NCBI RefSeq assembly: GCF_021246445.1
Contig: NZ_JAJQXW010000003.1
Location: 186,001-250,000, forward strand
Direction: 5' to 3'
Length of the DNA: 64,000 nucleotides
From: Rhabdothermincola salaria
Lineage (GTDB): Bacteria > Actinomycetota > Acidimicrobiia > Acidimicrobiales > Acidimicrobilacustridaceae
Shown: positions 28,144 to 40,713 of the stretch, one piece after another
Position numbering within the stretch: position 1 is the first letter of the stretch
Layout: the number at the start of each line of letters is the position of its first letter
Made by a program: the position numbers and the translations under genes
The notes under the pieces: model-generated
Seen by the model: only the letters and a program-made list of their open reading frames with translations
The model's database searches: none
Told to the model about the DNA's origin: nothing

Positions 28144-31047
28144 TCAGGCCAGGTCGCCGAAGCGGTGGACCCAGCGCCGAGCCTGGCGCAGGCGCCGTTC
28201 GACGGTGGCGCCGAGCCACAGCGACACCACCCCGGCCACGGCCAGGACCGCCCACCGGGGGATCTGCGCGGCGACGGGGGCCACGGTGTGCAACCCGATC
28301 ACGACCAGCCCGACCGCACCCAGCGTGACCGGTGCCTGGAGCCGGCCTTCGGTGCCGACGACCAGGGCGCCCAGGCAGACCACGGCCACGCCGACCGCCC
28401 GGCTCCCGTCGCCGTCGAGGGCCAGGACGAGGCTGGGCAGGACGCCCACCAGGAGGCCGGGGGCGTAGGCGAACCACGAGCTGAGGGAGCGGTCGCCCCT
28501 GCGCCCGACCCAGCCCGCGCCGAGGCAGACCACCGCGGTCGGCGCCGTGTAGGCCTCGACGACCCCGACCCCCGCGATGCCGAGCCACGACCAGCTCGCC
28601 ACCACGGCGAGGGCGAGCGCCACCAGCTCCAGTCGTCGCCACGTCGGCTCCAGACCGGCGATGGCTGCGCCGGCGGCGCCGAGGGTGAGACCGACGGCGA
28701 GGGCGTGCGCCCCGTCACCGGGCCAGGGGACACTCCGGGCCGCGAGGCCGGCCAGGGTGACCAGGACCACGGCTCCAGCGCTGAGCCCCGCCGCAGGATG
28801 CAGGTGCCGGGCCAACACATGGGGGGTGGCGGCGACCGTGGCCGAAGCCACCAGCACCGCCATCGCCCCGCCCACCTCCGGGCTCCACCCGCCGGCGAGC
28901 ACCCCGAGCGCGGCGGCCCCGGACGCCACCGGGGCGAACACGCCGACCGCCCCCTGGGCGACACGGCGCATGGGGGTGAGCGCGGTGACGGCGAGGGCCG
29001 CGGCCGCGGCCACGCCCAGCGCCACGGCGACCGGCCAGCGCTGCTCGGCCCAGGCCGGTTCGGCGCCCCACGCCGCCAGCGCGAGGGCGGCGGTGGCGGG
29101 TGCGGCGACGACGAGCCGCAGCTCGCGACCCCACGGGCGCACCGAGGTCGCCAACACCAGCGCCGCCGCCGCCCCGATGGTGGTGGTGAGCACGACCATC
29201 GGGAGGGCGGCCGTGACCTGGGCGTCCTCGACGGTGACCACGACCGCCGGGGCCACGCCCAACAGGGATGACACCGCCACGGCGACGAGAGCGAGTCGCA
29301 GTCGGGGCAGGAGCCAGGCCGAGGCGCCGGCCAGCGCCCCGGTGAGACCCACCACCGCCAGCGTGAGGGGCGCGTCGGCCAACGACCACCCGGCCGCCGC
29401 CACCAGCGGAGGGGCCGCCGCCAGCGCCCACCAGGGCGATCGGCACCACCGAGCCAGGAGATGGACGGCCACGGTGGAGAGCAGGACCCCGAGCAGCGCC
29501 AACACGGCATAGGAGGCGCCGGCGCCCACGACCGCGAGGAGCAGGCCCACCCCGGTGGTCGCCACCGCCGCGGCGACGCCGGCCTCCCGGTCGAGGAGAC
29601 GACGACCAGGGAGCCGATCCAGACCGGCGACCAAGGCGGTGGCGGCCACCACCAGGAGGGCGACGGCGGCGGCGCCCGTGCCGCCGATGGTCTCGTAGCG
29701 CACGACGTCGACGGCGTCGACGGCCGGCACGTTGGTGCGGAAGGCCTCGGTGGCGCCCGTGGCCCACGGGTCGGCGAGCAGCAGCCAGGCCGACGCGCCG
29801 GCGGTGACCGCCACGTCGACGGTCCCGAGGAGAGCCGGAACCGCGACGACGACACCGGCGACCAGGGATCCGGCCCGCAACCACGACGGCCCGACACGGG
29901 CCGCCACCACGGCCACGGCACCCGACGCCACCGCGATGGTGGCCAGCCATGGACCCGACACGAGATCGGCCACGGCCACCAGGGGGACGACCAGCACGAC
30001 GAGGGCCGACGTGGTCACGAGGAGCACACCGAGGGCCGGGTCGAGGACCCGCCGCCAGGCCCACCGGGTGGCGAGCGGGAGCACGCCCGACGTCGCCAGC
30101 ACGGCGGCGGTCACCGGGCCGGCACCCCGGTCGGCGGCCACGAACCCGGTGGCCACGAGGCCCTCGGCCCACAAGAGCCAGGCGACGGTGGTGACCGCAC
30201 TCGCGCCGTCGCGCCAGGAGAGGACCCTCGAGAGGCGGGCGCCGGCGAGGGCCACCACCGCGGCGAGGGCCGCGGCGCCGACCGCGGCGGCGACCGCCGA
30301 GCGGGGCACCGTGAGAGCCAGACCCAGCGCCACGCCGAGCACCAACGGCCCGACCTGACGGCCCACCGCCAGACGGAGGCCGGCGCCGAGACCGACGCCG
30401 ATGGCACCCACCAGGGCCAGGCCGGCCACCCACCAGACGTCGAGGGGCAGCTCGGCTCCCACCCCCACCCGGCGTAGGGCCAACCAGTCGACGCCCACCA
30501 GGGCCAGCAACACCCCCGCCAGCGCCTCGGCGGTGGCCGGGAGGCGTCGGGCCGCGGCCACGGTGAGCGCGGCGACGGCGAACGTCGCCCCGGCCAGCAG
30601 CGCCGCCCGTCCGCCGTCGCCCAACCGGGGCCACGCCACCACCGCGAAGACGAGGGCGGCGAGGGCCAACAGCACGGCTCCCACGGCGAGCAGGGTGTTG
30701 CGCAGGGCCTGCGGTCGCCACTCTCCCTGGGTGGCCGGGGGCGATGGCGGGAGCGACGGGACCCCATCCGCGGGGATGGCCCCGGCCGGGGGCGGCGGGA
30801 GGTGCACGTAGGCGGGGGGCGGGGGGAGGGCCGACCACGCGGACGACTCGAGGGGTCGCCCCACCACCTCGGCTCGCGCCGCGAGGAGGCGTTGCTCCTC
30901 GGCCGCCAGCGCGGCCAACCGCTGCTCCCTGTCCTCGATCAGCGCCCGACGGGCGGCCGCCAGGTGCCGCAGCTGGTCGTCGATGGCGGCCAACGGGTCG
31001 GTCGGCGGTTCGGGGCCGGTCGTTCCGGGTGGTCGGTCGTCGGGCAT
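28144..31047 (-). CDS. Large multi-TM membrane protein (SCO7613-like)
   Basis: Coiled N-terminus, [45 protein letters not shown] before ATG 31047. Confidence 0.8.
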   Translation of the reverse strand: MPDDRPPGTTGPEPPTDPLAAIDDQLRHLAAARRALIEDREQRLAALAAEEQRLLAARAEVVGRPLESSAWSALPPPPAYVHLPPPPAGAIPADGVPSLPPSPPATQGEWRPQALRNTLLAVGAVLLALAALVFAVVAWPRLGDGGRAALLAGATFAVAALTVAAARRLPATAEALAGVLLALVGVDWLALRRVGVGAELPLDVWWVAGLALVGAIGVGLGAGLRLAVGRQVGPLVLGVALGLALTVPRSAVAAAVGAAALAAVVALAGARLSRVLSWRDGASAVTTVAWLLWAEGLVATGFVAADRGAGPVTAAVLATSGVLPLATRWAWRRVLDPALGVLLVTTSALVVLVVPLVAVADLVSGPWLATIAVASGAVAVVAARVGPSWLRAGSLVAGVVVAVPALLGTVDVAVTAGASAWLLLADPWATGATEAFRTNVPAVDAVDVVRYETIGGTGAAAVALLVVAATALVAGLDRLPGRRLLDREAGVAAAVATTGVGLLLAVVGAGASYAVLALLGVLLSTVAVHLLARWCRSPWWALAAAPPLVAAAGWSLADAPLTLAVVGLTGALAGASAWLLPRLRLALVAVAVSSLLGVAPAVVVTVEDAQVTAALPMVVLTTTIGAAAALVLATSVRPWGRELRLVVAAPATAALALAAWGAEPAWAEQRWPVAVALGVAAAAALAVTALTPMRRVAQGAVGVFAPVASGAAALGVLAGGWSPEVGGAMAVLVASATVAATPHVLARHLHPAAGLSAGAVVLVTLAGLAARSVPWPGDGAHALAVGLTLGAAGAAIAGLEPTWRRLELVALALAVVASWSWLGIAGVGVVEAYTAPTAVVCLGAGWVGRRGDRSLSSWFAYAPGLLVGVLPSLVLALDGDGSRAVGVAVVCLGALVVGTEGRLQAPVTLGAVGLVVIGLHTVAPVAAQIPRWAVLAVAGVVSLWLGATVERRLRQARRWVHRFGDLA

Positions 31048-31205
31048 CGGCTGCTCCTCGTCGCCCCAGGTCCACGAGGGTCGCCCGGCGACCGAGAGGG
31101 AGGGTGCGGTGCGAGCCGGCGTCGCCGATGGACCACCCTCGAGCATGGCAACGTACCGGCCATAGGGCCCTGTGAAAAGGGAGGCCACGGGCGTACGGTC
31201 GAGAC

Positions 31206-32317
<1,112 letters not shown>

Positions 32318-32321
<4 letters not shown>

Positions 32322-33145
32322 CCACCACCACCCGGCCCGCCGCTGTGGCCGGCCTCTTCTACCCCGACGATCCCGAAGCGCTGACCGCCATGGTCGACGC
32401 CGACCTGGCCGAGGGGGCCGCCCGGCTGCCCCGGCTCCCCCTCTCGGTCGAGACAGGAGGAAAGGGCCCGAAGGCCCTCGTCGCACCCCATGCCGGGTAC
32501 GTGTACTCGGGTCCGGTCGCAGGCACGGCCTACGCCGCCGTCGCCGAGCGCAAGGGCACGGTCAGCCGTGTCGTGCTGCTGGGCCCCGCGCACCGCGTGG
32601 CCCTGCGCGGCATGGCCGTGCCGAGCGTCGACGCCTTCGCCACCCCCCTCGGCTCCGTGCCCGTCGACGACGCCGCCCGCCGAGCGGCACTCGACTGCCG
32701 TGGGGTCCACCTCGACGACCGCCCCCACGCCCAGGAGCACGCGCTGGAGGTGCACCTGCCGTTCCTGCAGCGGGTCCTCGGCCCGGACGGCTGGCAGGTG
32801 CTGCCCATCGTGGTGGGCCACGCCACGGCCGAGCAGGTCGCCGCCGTGGTCGAGCGTCTCTGGGGCGGACCCGAGACCTTGTTGGTGGTGAGCTCGGACC
32901 TCAGCCACTACCACGACCAGGCCACCGCCGACCGGCTCGACGCCCGCACCGCCTCGGCCATCCTCGCCGGTGCGGTGGACCGGATCCGCCCCAACGACGC
33001 CTGCGGCGCCCACCCCCTACGGGGGCTGCTCTGGGCCGCCCGCCGCCACGGCTCGAAGGTCACCCTGCTCGACCTGCGCTCGTCGGCCGACACGGCCGGC
33101 GAGCCGGACCGCGTCGTCGGCTACGGCGCCTTCGCCGTGGGCTGA
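32318..33145 (+). CDS. amrB: AmmeMemoRadiSam system protein B (MEMO1 family)
   Basis: RPAAVAGLFYP, PHAGYVYSG, EHALEV, SSDLSHY, VVGYGA; ATGA overlap with amrS. Confidence 0.95.
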
Positions 33146-33149
33146 ACGC

Positions 33150-33731
33150 GTGTCCCGCGCTCCGACCCCGCAGCTGGATCCGCCGCTGCAGCACTGGCTG
33201 CTGGACCTGGCCCGGTCGACCGTCCGCTCGGCGTTGGACGGGCACGGTCTGGTCCTACCCGACCCGGCAACCGTCCCGGAAGGGGCCGGCCTCCCGGGAG
33301 CGGCGTTCGTGACCCTGCGCCGCGGCGGCCGCCTCCTCGGTTGCATCGGCTCGATCGAGGCCCACCGCTCGCTGGCCGACGACGTCGCGGCCCACGCCTA
33401 CGACGCCGCCTTCCGCGACCCCCGCCTCCCGGCAGTGACGGACGACGACTGGCCGCGCATGGACGTCGAGATCTCGGTCCTCGGGCCGCTGGAGCCGCTG
33501 GACGTCCGCGATCGAGTCGAGCTGGCCGCCGCGCTGCGCCCGGGGGTCGACGGCGTCCTGCTCACGAGCGCCGAAGGCCGCGGGACGTTCCTGCCGTCGG
33601 TCTGGGCCCAGGTGGGCGACACCGACGAGTTCCTCGACGCACTGTGGCACAAGGCCGGTCTGCCTCCCCGCCGTTGGCCGCGCGACCTCGTCGTCGAGCG
33701 GTACCAGGTCACCGAGTTCGACGACGCCTGA
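33150..33731 (+). CDS. amrA: AmmeMemoRadiSam system protein A (AMMECR1 family)
   Basis: AFVTL..LLGCIG, AAFRDPR, EISVL, TFLPSVW, KAG. Confidence 0.93.
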   Translation: MSRAPTPQLDPPLQHWLLDLARSTVRSALDGHGLVLPDPATVPEGAGLPGAAFVTLRRGGRLLGCIGSIEAHRSLADDVAAHAYDAAFRDPRLPAVTDDDWPRMDVEISVLGPLEPLDVRDRVELAAALRPGVDGVLLTSAEGRGTFLPSVWAQVGDTDEFLDALWHKAGLPPRRWPRDLVVERYQVTEFDDA

Positions 33732-33801
33732 CCCCCGCCGTCACCCGGTGGATCGGTCGGCGGTTCGAGCCGCTCCGCCGGCGACGGGGATGGGGGGCCG
33801 C

Positions 33802-35442
33802 TCAGGTCCGACGGGCGGCGCGATAGCGACGGATCAGCGCACTGGTGGAGCTGTCGTGGGCCAGATCGGGCTCGGCGTCGGCGGTGAGCTCGCCGATGAT
33901 GTTCTGGGCCAGCAACTTGCCGAGCTCCACCCCCCACTGGTCGAAGCTGTTGATGCCCCACACCGCCCCCTGCACGAAGGTCTTGTGCTCGTAGAGGGCG
34001 ACGAGCTGGCCGAGCGTGGACGGGGTGAGCTCGGGGAGCAGGATCGACGTCGAGGGCCGGTTCCCGGGGAAGGTGCGGGCGCTCACCAGCTCGGGTGCCA
34101 CCCCTTCGGCCGCCACCTCCTCGCCGGTCTTGCCGAAGGCCAGCGCCTCGGGCTGGGCGAAGAAGTTGGCCATGAAGACGTCCTGGTGGCCGTCGACCTC
34201 GTGCGGGGGGTGCACCAGACCGATGAAGTCGCACGGGATGAGCCGGGTGCCCTGGTGGATGAGCTGGTAGAAGGCGTGCTGGCCGTTGGTGCCGGGCTGA
34301 CCCCACACGATCTCGCCCGACGACGTGCCGAGCGGCCGCCCCCAGCGATCGACCGACTTGCCGTTGCTCTCCATGGAGAGCTGCTGGAGGTACGGGGTGA
34401 GGTGCCCGAGGTAGTGGCTGTAGGGCAGCACGGCCAGCGTCTCGGCGCCGAAGAAGTTGGCGTACCAGACCCCCAGCAGCCCGAGGATCACCGGCAGGTT
34501 CTGCTCGAGCGGCGCCGTGCGGAAGTGCTCGTCGACGGTGCGGAACCCGGCGAGCATCTCCTCGAACCGCTCGGGCCCGATGGCGATCATGAGCGACAGA
34601 CCGATGGCCGAGTCGTAGCTGTAGCGACCGCCGACCCAGTCCCAGAAGCCGAACATGTTGGCGGTGTCGATGCCGAACGCCCGCACCTCCTCCGCGTTGG
34701 TCGACACGGCCACGAAGTGCTTGGCGACCGCCGCCTCGTCGCCGAGCGCGGCGAGCGACCACGCCCGCGCCGTGTGGGCGTTGGTCATCGTCTCGAGGGT
34801 GGTGAACGTCTTGGACGCGATGATGAACAGGGTCTCGGCCGGGTCGAGGTCGCGGGTGAGCTCGTGGAACTCGGTGCCGTCGACGTTGGACACGAAGCGC
34901 ACGGCGAGGTCGGGGTCGGCGAAGGGCACCAGGGCCTCGTGGGCCATGTGCGGGCCCAGGTCGCTGCCACCGATGCCGATGTTCACGACGGCGCGGATGC
35001 GCTTGCCGGTGTGACCGGTCCACTCGCCCGAGCGCACCCGGCGGCTGAAGTCGGCCATGCGGTCGAGCACCTCGTGCACACCGGGCACCACGTCGTGGCC
35101 GTCGTGGTCGCGGATCACCGCGTCGCGCGGGGCCCGCAGGGCCACGTGGAGCACGGACCGGTGCTCGGTGACGTTGATGGGCTCACCGGCGAACATGGCG
35201 TCGCGCAACGGCTCGACGCCCGCCCGCCGGGCCAGGTCGAGGAGGCGGGCCATGGTGGCGTCGGTGACCCGGTGCTTGGACCAGTCCACGTAGAGGTCGC
35301 CCACCTCGCCCACCAGGCGGGTGCCACGGGTGGGATCGTCGGCGAACAGGTTGCGGAGGTGGCGGGGGGCCAGTTCGTCGTGGTGGGCCACGAGCGCAGC
35401 CCACTCCGGGGTGGACTCGATGGGGTCTGGGGTGGCGGTCAT
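33802..35442 (-). CDS. pgi: Glucose-6-phosphate isomerase
   Basis: [39 protein letters not shown]. Confidence 0.98.
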   Translation of the reverse strand: MTATPDPIESTPEWAALVAHHDELAPRHLRNLFADDPTRGTRLVGEVGDLYVDWSKHRVTDATMARLLDLARRAGVEPLRDAMFAGEPINVTEHRSVLHVALRAPRDAVIRDHDGHDVVPGVHEVLDRMADFSRRVRSGEWTGHTGKRIRAVVNIGIGGSDLGPHMAHEALVPFADPDLAVRFVSNVDGTEFHELTRDLDPAETLFIIASKTFTTLETMTNAHTARAWSLAALGDEAAVAKHFVAVSTNAEEVRAFGIDTANMFGFWDWVGGRYSYDSAIGLSLMIAIGPERFEEMLAGFRTVDEHFRTAPLEQNLPVILGLLGVWYANFFGAETLAVLPYSHYLGHLTPYLQQLSMESNGKSVDRWGRPLGTSSGEIVWGQPGTNGQHAFYQLIHQGTRLIPCDFIGLVHPPHEVDGHQDVFMANFFAQPEALAFGKTGEEVAAEGVAPELVSARTFPGNRPSTSILLPELTPSTLGQLVALYEHKTFVQGAVWGINSFDQWGVELGKLLAQNIIGELTADAEPDLAHDSSTSALIRRYRAARRT

Positions 35443-35466
35443 CGTGGGCTCCGAGGTGGTGAGCGG

Positions 35467-36411
35467 TCAGAGGAGGGTGATGCGGAAGCGGGCTCGGTAG
35501 CTCTCGCCCGGCGCCACCATCGGCGTGAGGCCGTCGCCCAACGCGTTGATGGGAGCGACCATGGGCTCGAGCGCCACGAAACGTTCGCCCGGTGGCGAGT
35601 AGACCTGCCCGTACTCGTACCCGGGGTCCATCGCGAGGGTGAGCTGGCGGCTGCGCCCCGACACCGTGAGCAGTCGGTGGTTGGCCCGCAGGCGGTACGC
35701 ATCGTCGTAGCCCGGCTCGACCAAGGGTGCCTTGCGCGAGTAGCCCGTCTCCTCCTCGCCGGAGGGCAACATCCGGTCGTCGAGCTGGAGGCGGTCGCCG
35801 GTGGGCAGGTGCACGCGCAGATCGGCCGGATCCTCGCCGGGCAGCTGGAAGTAGGGGTGCCATCCGAACGACGCCGGCACCGAACGCCGCCCGGTGGCGG
35901 TGATCGTGGTGGTGACGTCGAGATCGCCCGGACGGACCCGCATGCCCACCGTGATCTCGTGGGGGAACGGGAACGAGGCCATGACCTCGTCGGCGGCGGC
36001 GGCGTCGAAGCGGGCGCTGAGCCGGGCGTAGCCGTTGAGCGCCTCGGCCCGGTCGACCACCCACCCGGCCCGACCGATCATCGTCCCGTGGATGGGCAGG
36101 CCGTTGGCGTCACGGTGCAGGCCGGGCGCATCGGACAGGTCGACGCGCGTGCGGTTGACCTTGTAGGTGTCGCCGCCGATCCGGTTGGCCCAGGGCGCGA
36201 GGAGGGGCAGTCCGGTCGTGTGGCCGGCGAGCACCGCCTCGGCCTGGCCCCGCAGGACCAGGAACTCGCGTCCACGGTGGCGAAGGGAGGTGCCCAGGAG
36301 CCCCAACCCGGGCACCACCGTGAACTCGGTGGGACCGGCCTGCAGCACGAACGCACCGTGCCCCTCGACCTCGGTCGGCACGAGGGAGACGGGGACCGTC
36401 GAGATGACCAC
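35467..36411 (-). CDS. Aldose 1-epimerase family protein
   Basis: PWANRI, IHG, FPF, FGWHPYF, ALEP. Confidence 0.88.
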   Translation of the reverse strand: MVISTVPVSLVPTEVEGHGAFVLQAGPTEFTVVPGLGLLGTSLRHRGREFLVLRGQAEAVLAGHTTGLPLLAPWANRIGGDTYKVNRTRVDLSDAPGLHRDANGLPIHGTMIGRAGWVVDRAEALNGYARLSARFDAAAADEVMASFPFPHEITVGMRVRPGDLDVTTTITATGRRSVPASFGWHPYFQLPGEDPADLRVHLPTGDRLQLDDRMLPSGEEETGYSRKAPLVEPGYDDAYRLRANHRLLTVSGRSRQLTLAMDPGYEYGQVYSPPGERFVALEPMVAPINALGDGLTPMVAPGESYRARFRITLL

Positions 36412-36419
36412 CGCGCTGG

Positions 36420-37454
36420 TCAGGCCCCAGGCGCGGTCGACGGCTTCTCGTCGTGGCCGCCGAACTGCTTGCGCATCGCCGAGAGGACCTTGTCGGCGAA
36501 GTCGGCCTCGCCCCGCGAGCCGAAGCGCTCGTACAACGCGGCCGTGAGCACGTGGGCGGGAGCCCCCACGTCGATGGCCGCCAGCGACGTCCACCGACCC
36601 TCGCCCGAGTCGCTCACCCGACCGGCGAAGGTCTCGAGGCCGGGATCGTCGACGAGGGCGGCGGCGGTGAGATCGAGCAACCACGAGGCGATGACGCTGC
36701 CGCGCCGCCAGACCTCGGCGACCGCCGTGTTGTCGATGTCGTACTGGTAGTACTGCGGATCGCGCAGCGGGGTGGTCTCCGCGTCGACCTCGCGGTGCTC
36801 GTTGCCGGCGTTGGCGTGAGCGAGGATGTTGAGGCCTTCGGCGTAGGCGGCCATCACCCCGTACTCGATGCCGTTGTGCACCATCTTCACGAAGTGACCG
36901 GCCCCGACCGGCCCGCAGTGCAGGTAGCCCATCTCCTCGGGTGTCGGGTCGCCGGTGCGGCCCGGGGTGCGGTCGATCCCCCCGACTCCCGGGGCGATGG
37001 TGCGAAAGACCGGGTCGAGGTGGGCCACGACCTCGACCTCTCCCCCGATCATGAGGCAGAAGCCCCGCTCCAGGCCGAACACCCCACCGCTGGTGCCGAC
37101 GTCGACGTAGTGCACGCCGGAAGGGGCGAGCGCCTCGGCTCGGTCGACGTCGTCGCGGTAGTAGGTGTTGCCCCCGTCGATGACGATGTCGCCCGCGTCC
37201 ATGCGACCGGCCAGATCGTGGACGGTGTCGCCTGCGTAGGCGGCGGGCACCATGACCCACGCGGCGCGCGGGGCGTCGAGCTTGGCCACGAAGTCGTCGA
37301 GGTCGGAGGCACCGGTGATGGCGTCGCTCTCGGCCACCAGCTCGGTGACCGCCGAGTCGTTCACGTCGTAGACCACGCACGTGTGTCCGTCGCGCACGAG
37401 GCGACGGACCAGGTTCGCCCCCATCCGGCCGAGTCCGACCATCCCGAGCTGCAT
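36420..37454 (-). CDS. gnd: 6-phosphogluconate dehydrogenase, decarboxylating (short form)
   Basis: GLGRMG, IDGGN, DVGTSGG, KMVHNGIEYG, DSGEGRW, MRKQFGGH. Confidence 0.96.
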   Translation of the reverse strand: MQLGMVGLGRMGANLVRRLVRDGHTCVVYDVNDSAVTELVAESDAITGASDLDDFVAKLDAPRAAWVMVPAAYAGDTVHDLAGRMDAGDIVIDGGNTYYRDDVDRAEALAPSGVHYVDVGTSGGVFGLERGFCLMIGGEVEVVAHLDPVFRTIAPGVGGIDRTPGRTGDPTPEEMGYLHCGPVGAGHFVKMVHNGIEYGVMAAYAEGLNILAHANAGNEHREVDAETTPLRDPQYYQYDIDNTAVAEVWRRGSVIASWLLDLTAAALVDDPGLETFAGRVSDSGEGRWTSLAAIDVGAPAHVLTAALYERFGSRGEADFADKVLSAMRKQFGGHDEKPSTAPGA

Positions 37455-37581
37455 GGTGCATTCCCCTTCGTCGACGAATCGTCCCCCGGGTGAGGGTCCA
37501 GCCGACACCCGGCGGACCCCATCGTGGCACCGATGGGCGCGCCGGTGCGGTTGCGAACAGATGAACGAGGGGAGGCGGGCC

Positions 37582-38202
37582 TCAGACGGGGACGGCCACG
37601 CCGGACCACATCGCCGACATGACCTTGGGCCCGGCCAGCTGGAACCGGGCCAGCTCTTCGAGACGGAACCCGGCGGCCTGCAGCAGGTCGGGGATGTCGC
37701 GGGTGATGTGGCAGCCCCCGGCCAGGCGCTTCTGGACGGGCTCGAAGCGATGCTGGTTGCGCGCCACACGTGGGTCGTCGGAGATCCCGTGCTCGACGAA
37801 GTGCAAGCTCCCCCCGGGGCGCAGGACCCGCCGGACCTGGTGGAGGGCGCCGAGCACGTCGGGGATGGTGCACAGGGTCCAGGTGGACAGGGCGTGGTCG
37901 ACCGACGCGTCGGGCAGGTCGAGGTGGGCGCCGTCGAGGCCGACGTAGGTGACCGGTGGGCTGTCGGGGTGGGCCGCCAGGCGCTTCTCGGCCAACTGGC
38001 GCCCGACCAGCGCAGGGTCGACGGCCAGGACGTCGGTGACGGCGGCCGGGTAGAGCCCGATGTTGGGACCCGAACCGAAACCGATCTCGAGGACGGTGCC
38101 GGAGAGGCCGTCGACGACCGGGCGCCGGACCTTCTCCATCTCGGCGTTGCCGCACATCACGTCGATGACCCGCGGGAGGACCTGCGCCTCGTAGAAGCCC
38201 AT
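37582..38202 (-). CDS. Class I SAM-dependent methyltransferase
   Basis: LEIGFGSG, TLCTIPD, LRPGG..FVEHG, GGCHITR. Confidence 0.9.
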   Translation of the reverse strand: MGFYEAQVLPRVIDVMCGNAEMEKVRRPVVDGLSGTVLEIGFGSGPNIGLYPAAVTDVLAVDPALVGRQLAEKRLAAHPDSPPVTYVGLDGAHLDLPDASVDHALSTWTLCTIPDVLGALHQVRRVLRPGGSLHFVEHGISDDPRVARNQHRFEPVQKRLAGGCHITRDIPDLLQAAGFRLEELARFQLAGPKVMSAMWSGVAVPV

Positions 38203-38211
38203 GGCGAGAGA

Positions 38212-40713
38212 CTACGTGCGGAGCCGGCGGACCAGCTCGGGCAGGCCCGGGGTGGGGCGACGCAGGACCACGTGCGCCTCTCCGATCTCCACCGCGCGGG
38301 CGGTGGCCGCCACTGGTGCGAGGTGCAGCTCGACGACCTCGGGCAGCTCGTCGGCGACCACACCCACCCGCACCAGGAGGTCCTCCAGGCGATCGACCGC
38401 CAGCGGCGGCGAACCGCGATGGCCCAACAGCAGGGGGGCGAGGCGCAGCGAGCGCACGAGCTCGGCGGCATCGCGCTCGGTGAGCGGCACGATCCGCGAC
38501 GCACGGTCGCCGACGAGCTCGGCCACCTCGCCCCCCATGGCCAGGGTCACCAACGGCCCGAACGCCCGATCCTGGACGACACTGACGGTGGTGACCACCC
38601 CCTCGCCCCCGACGTCGCGAGCGTCGGTTCCGGCGGCGACGGCGATCCCGTAGCCGCGCAGCAGGGAACGGGCGGTGGCCGCGTCGAGGACCACCTCGCC
38701 GTCCGCCCCGGCGAGGGCCTCGTCGACGAGACGGCGGGCGGTGGCCCGGTCGAGGCCGTCGGGCTCCGGCACCGGCCCCGGCTCCCGGCGCCGCCAGTCG
38801 GCGTAGCCGGCCACGCGCGCCAGGGCCGCCGACGCGGCCACGGGCGAGTCGAACACGGGGACGCGTGGCTGGTCGCGCTCGTCGAGCAGGGCCGCAGGGG
38901 GGCACGACGCCGAGAGGTGGGTCACGACGACCGGCTTGTCGCCGGCGGAGGCGGCGGCCCGGATGGCCTCGGCGATCGCCTCGTGGTCGCCACCGATGGG
39001 CGGGGTCACCACCACGTGCACCATGTCGGTGGTGTCGTCGGCGAGAACCCGGCCGATGGCGTCGGCGTACTGGGCGGCCTCGGCCAGCACCGGCAGGGGC
39101 AGCACCCCGCTCGCTGCGGGCACCGCCCACGCCGCCAGCTCGCCGGTGCCACCGGCCTCCGGGCCCAGGTCGGCCAGGCGGAGGCCCGCGGCCAGCGTGG
39201 CATCGACGGCGAGCAGCCCCACCCCGCGGGCGTTGGCCACCACCGCCACGCGGTCGCCCCGCGGTAGCGGCTGGTCCACCAGCACCGAGGCGACATCGAA
39301 GAGCTCGTCGATGGTGTCGACGCGCACGACCCCGGTCTGGGCGAACAGGGCGTCGACCGGCCCGTCGGGGCCGCCGCCGTCGGGGGCGCCCCGCCGTCGG
39401 CCCGACTTCACCGCCACGACCGGCTTGCTGGCCGACACCCGGCGGGCGATGCGGGCGAACTTCCGGGGGTTCCCGAAGCTCTCGAGGTGCAAGCAGATGA
39501 CGGCCGTGTCCGGGTCGTCCTCCCAGTACTGCAGCAGGTCGTTGCCGCTCACATCGGCCTTGTCGCCGACGGAGGCGAACGAGGACACGCCGAGGCCCCG
39601 GCGCGTGGCCCACTCGAGCAGGGCCATGCCCACCGCCCCCGACTGGCTCTGGATGCCCAACCGCCCCCGGGGTGGTTGCACCGGGACGAAGGTCGCGTGC
39701 AGGCCGAGGTGGGTGTTGACCACGCCCATGGAGTTGGGCCCCACGATGCGCAGGCCGCCGCGCCGGGCCGCGGCGAGGACCTGGCGCTCCCTCTCGGCAC
39801 CCTCCGGGCCCGTCTCGGCGAACCCCGTCGAGATGATCACCAGCCCCATGACCCCCTTCTCGGCACACTGGGCGACCACCCCGGCCACCGCCTCGGCCGG
39901 GGTGGCGATCACGGCCAGATCGACCTCGCCGGGGACGGCCAGCACGTCGGGATGAGCGGGAACGCTGGCCACGTGGGAGGTGTTGGGGTTCACCGGGTGG
40001 ACGGGTCCGGCGAACCCGCCCGCCAGCAGGTGGGTGAAGAGGCGGTAGCCGGTGGAGTCCGGGTCGGCGCTGGCCCCGATGACCGCAACCGAGGACGGCC
40101 GCAGGATCCGTTCGATCGATCGGGCCTCGGCCCGGTGCTCGCGGCGCTCGACCGCGTCGCGAGCTGCGTCGGTGGAGGCGATGGGGAACTCGACCTCCAC
40201 CACGCCGTCGGCGAAGCGGTCGACGGTCTGGTAGCCGGCGTCGTGGAAGACCCGGATCATCCGCCGGTTGTCGGGCAGGGTCTGGGCCACGAAGCGCCCG
40301 ATGCCGTTCTCGCGTCCGGCGGCGGCGAGGTACTCGAGCATCACGGTCCCCAGGCCCCGGCCCTGGTGGTGGTCGTCGATCGTGAACGCCACCTCGGCGT
40401 CGGGGCCGACCTCGCCCACCGGGCGGTCGTCGAGGCGGTCGTAGCGGGCCACGGCGATGATCTCGCCCCCCACCACGGCCACCAACGCCACCCGCGCCTC
40501 GAAGTCGACGGTCGTGAAGAAGCGGACCTCGTCGTCGGTGAGCTCGCTCTTGGGGGAGAAGAACCGGTAGTAGCGGGTCTCGCGGGACAAGCGGTGGAAG
40601 AACCGCAGGTAGGCCTCGGTGTCGCTCGGGAGGATGGGGCGGATGTGGACGGTGCCACCATCGGCGAGGACGACGTCGAAGTCCCAGTGGGGCGGGAAGG
40701 GCGTCGCGGTCAC
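38212..40713 (-). CDS. GNAT + CoA-binding (NDP-forming acyl-CoA synthetase-like) protein, Pat/PatA lysine acetyltransferase type
   Basis: N-terminal GNAT (HQGRGLG), PSSVAVIGAS, VGPNSMG, SQSG, ESFGNPRKF; GTGA overlap with the upstream gene. Confidence 0.88.
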   Translation of the reverse strand: MTATPFPPHWDFDVVLADGGTVHIRPILPSDTEAYLRFFHRLSRETRYYRFFSPKSELTDDEVRFFTTVDFEARVALVAVVGGEIIAVARYDRLDDRPVGEVGPDAEVAFTIDDHHQGRGLGTVMLEYLAAAGRENGIGRFVAQTLPDNRRMIRVFHDAGYQTVDRFADGVVEVEFPIASTDAARDAVERREHRAEARSIERILRPSSVAVIGASADPDSTGYRLFTHLLAGGFAGPVHPVNPNTSHVASVPAHPDVLAVPGEVDLAVIATPAEAVAGVVAQCAEKGVMGLVIISTGFAETGPEGAERERQVLAAARRGGLRIVGPNSMGVVNTHLGLHATFVPVQPPRGRLGIQSQSGAVGMALLEWATRRGLGVSSFASVGDKADVSGNDLLQYWEDDPDTAVICLHLESFGNPRKFARIARRVSASKPVVAVKSGRRRGAPDGGGPDGPVDALFAQTGVVRVDTIDELFDVASVLVDQPLPRGDRVAVVANARGVGLLAVDATLAAGLRLADLGPEAGGTGELAAWAVPAASGVLPLPVLAEAAQYADAIGRVLADDTTDMVHVVVTPPIGGDHEAIAEAIRAAASAGDKPVVVTHLSASCPPAALLDERDQPRVPVFDSPVAASAALARVAGYADWRRREPGPVPEPDGLDRATARRLVDEALAGADGEVVLDAATARSLLRGYGIAVAAGTDARDVGGEGVVTTVSVVQDRAFGPLVTLAMGGEVAELVGDRASRIVPLTERDAAELVRSLRLAPLLLGHRGSPPLAVDRLEDLLVRVGVVADELPEVVELHLAPVAATARAVEIGEAHVVLRRPTPGLPELVRRLRT